64,000 nt of DNA from Lytechinus pictus (lineage: Eukaryota): NCBI RefSeq assembly GCF_037042905.1, contig NC_087250.1:14570001-14634000 (forward strand). The letters run 5' to 3'. The notes below the pieces were generated by a model. That model had not been told where the DNA came from. It ran no database searches and saw only the letters and a list, made by a program, of their open reading frames with translations. The position numbers and the translations under genes were made by a program. Shown here piece after piece: positions 61,373 through 64,000 of this stretch (within the stretch, counting starts at the first letter, position 1; every line of letters begins with the position of its first letter).

Positions 61373-62156
61373 CAGTGCATCCCACAAAAAATGAAATCGA
61401 GATTTAGCAATGGTTTATCATAACTTCATCACATATACAATAGACAAATGACCTACCATTGTAAAGCTTAGAATCTCCTCTTTCAGATAGTATAACTAAC
61501 AAGATTTCTCATCCATGCATGAGTGAATAAAAACAATTTGAAGAAAGGATATCAAAAACTCATTTGGTGGGGGATATCAATATGTCAACAAGAATATCAC
61601 ATGCCTAATAGTTCAATAACTGCTCTTTAATTTGATAATGATAGCTAAATCGCATAAAATGGTCAAGAAATAACAAAGATATGTTTCTTCGATACATTGC
61701 TTGTATTTCCATAATTTCATAAAATATATAGTACATGTTTTCACCGGTTTCACACCTAAGCTATCACATGGTTAACAAAAGACTTTATGCATGGCTGATC
61801 GTCAACAAAACGAGGTGTCGAATAAGGCTGAAAGCTATCCTGTGAAACCTCTTCATTTTATGAAATTATTGGAATTCGAGCCTTATTTCAAATAAACATA
61901 ACTTTGTTATATTTCTTAGCCATTTTCTGTAATTGAGGTATCAAAGAGCAGATATTGAACTTTTTTTTAAATTATTTTCATTTTGAAACCCAGATACCGC
62001 CCGCCAAGTGACTTTTGTTTCCTCTCTTCAAATTGCTTTTGCTCATTGATACATGAATGAGGAATAATCCTAAGTTATTTCAAATGAAAGAGCAGACTCT
62101 AAGCTTTACAACGATAGGTCATTTGTCTATTTGATTTGCGGTTGTGGGACACACTG
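61373..62156. mobile_element. Tc1/mariner-type MITE, complete in unit C and truncated at the duplication junction in units A and B
   Basis: TA|CAGTG..TCCCAC ... GTGGGACACACTG|TA; left parts recur at about 36935-37132 and 49684-49878. Confidence 0.8.
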
Positions 62157-64000
62157 TAATGACTCTATATCTGCCCAGCATTGATTGTTGACTGGGATCC
62201 CTTTTCATGAAGACATGTTACAAAAGCAACATGTAAATGTATAACAAGTTTACTATTGGCTAATCAGATTCAGTGATTTCAGTGGCCCGTATTCTGAAGT
62301 CAGGTTTAACTTAGACCATGGTCTAACTCTCTGCTAAAATTATGGGGAGCCAAAAATTCAAAAATTTTGTTTGCATTGTATATTCTTATGTTTACTATTT
62401 TGTTTCCTTTTGCTTTCATAATAAAGAATAATACTACAGTTATCATTCCCAGACAATTACAAACAATTTGGGTGTCATATCAGTTAATAAATTGAATGTG
62501 TACTGTTAGGGATTTGTGCTCCAATTGGCTCTCCATAATTAAACCACAACTTTAAACCAGGGTTTAATTTAAACCCGAGTTCAGAAAACAGGCCAGTAGC
62601 TTTAAGCTATTATTGCAAATTTGTTATTATAACAAGTTTTATGAAACCAGGTCCAAATGTAAGTACATGTAGGACATTAGAAGTGACTCTCATTGAAAGT
62701 AATATTATCACTGCATCCATATCCAGATACTTTCAATTAGTAATTTAGCTGTTTGCGACCCTTCGAGAAATAAACAAAGCTCTTAACTGATCAGTATTAA
62801 AGAGGGATCCTCCCCAAATGAAAAGCTATGTTTAAAGGAAAAAGATAAATTAGACAAGAAGATCTAGGGGAAAGTTTGAACAATATCAGATAAGCAATAA
62901 AAGAAGTTATGAATTTTTTAAGTTTTGAAAAAATTGGTAGTCACTATACCCATGGAGACTTCAAATTGGCTGCATCGGTGACTGATGTCATAGTGGTGTA
63001 CATGTACGACAAGGACTACTCATCTATTAATACTCCAATACATAAAATGGCTAACTTGTCATTTCTTTTTCAAAAGTTTAACTTCAAATTATATTTTTCT
63101 TTTTTTCATGAAGACATAAAAGAAAGTGCTACCTTATTAGTTATGTTTTGATTACTGCCCCAGGGGAATGTAGACCTGTACTCAATGGAAATAATATGAC
63201 ACCTAGACAGATCTTTGTCATTTGATTGGCTGTTTGACATCGATCATTTGGACCATTTTACAATGACGTCATCGACCGTGCAATTTAGGATCCATTCATC
63301 GTGTAATTTTGGATCCATACGATTTTGTCCATTGCACGCGTGCACCGAGACTGCGTGTTTACAGCGCGCATGTTTGCAAAGCTCTCTTAAAATGTACTGT
63401 AAGTTGGAACAAAGCATTCATATACATGTATCTATAATTACAATCCCTTCATAGAATGCATGGAATTGACAATCAATATTCAACAGACCAAGCTCGCACT
63501 GCACAATCATATTTTGCACCTAAATTGATCAATTTCATATGAAAAATAATCTAGTTTTAAGTGTCATATAAACCAAACAATGAATGTTCCTTCATTCGTG
63601 CAATGGACAGAATACTTCATTCGGTGAAAGATGAAGTATTCTGTCCATTGCACTCATAAACATTCATTATTTGTATAATCATAAATCCCTGATAAATTAC
63701 GTGGCCTTTGGGAAAGTTGTCCCTACCACTTGTCAAAACTTACGTAGTCTTAATGTAGGTATCTAAATTTAAAAACAGCCGTAGATTTCTTATTGCTTAT
63801 CTGATTTCTTTCAAACTTTTCTGTTTTATTTTATATTTTTCTCCTCTATCACACAACAATTTATGACCATGGTTGGATTCCGCTTTAAAATAAAAGTTTA
63901 ATTTTTTATTTAATAATAATAATAATATGTTCATTTATATAGCGCTCTTACAATATATCATCGTTTCACAGCGCTTTACACAATGATTGAATAGAAAATT

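Larger units (their letters stand above)
31772..61567. repeat. Tandem segmental triplication of the TLR unit (about 31772-37134, 37135-49880, 49881-61567)
   Basis: Identical junction AAAACTCATTTGGCAGTTGTTAAACAACTAG at about 37120-37150 and 49866-49896; long near-identical flanks. Confidence 0.9.

Overview
AT-rich, intron-rich eukaryotic DNA, most consistent with a sea urchin (inferred from intronless single-cysteine-cluster TLRs and the repeat types). It holds a complete 6-coding-exon UBE2T gene (minus strand, 3155-11003) lying head-to-head with ACTL6A/BAF53 (plus strand, ATG 12273). Seven ACTL6A exons are visible up to 30062, including a U12-type intron at 23606-27772. The rest of the window appears to be one ACTL6A intron of at least 33.9 kb. 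It contains an 83-bp hairpin minisatellite and a tandem array of three intact, intronless Toll-like receptor genes on the opposite strand. The array has an identical duplication junction at about 37135 and 49881, and the three TLRs are mosaics of one another. Copy-specific mobile elements include a 2.1-kb palindromic pair of Penelope-like GIY-YIG retroelement ends, each with a U3:A8-variant minimal hammerhead ribozyme, and a Helentron/HINE-like element carrying an array of nuclear-receptor DR1 motifs upstream of only the third TLR. Many MITEs, SINEs and LINE ends and a 525-N assembly gap are also present. All coordinates and alignments were read by eye.
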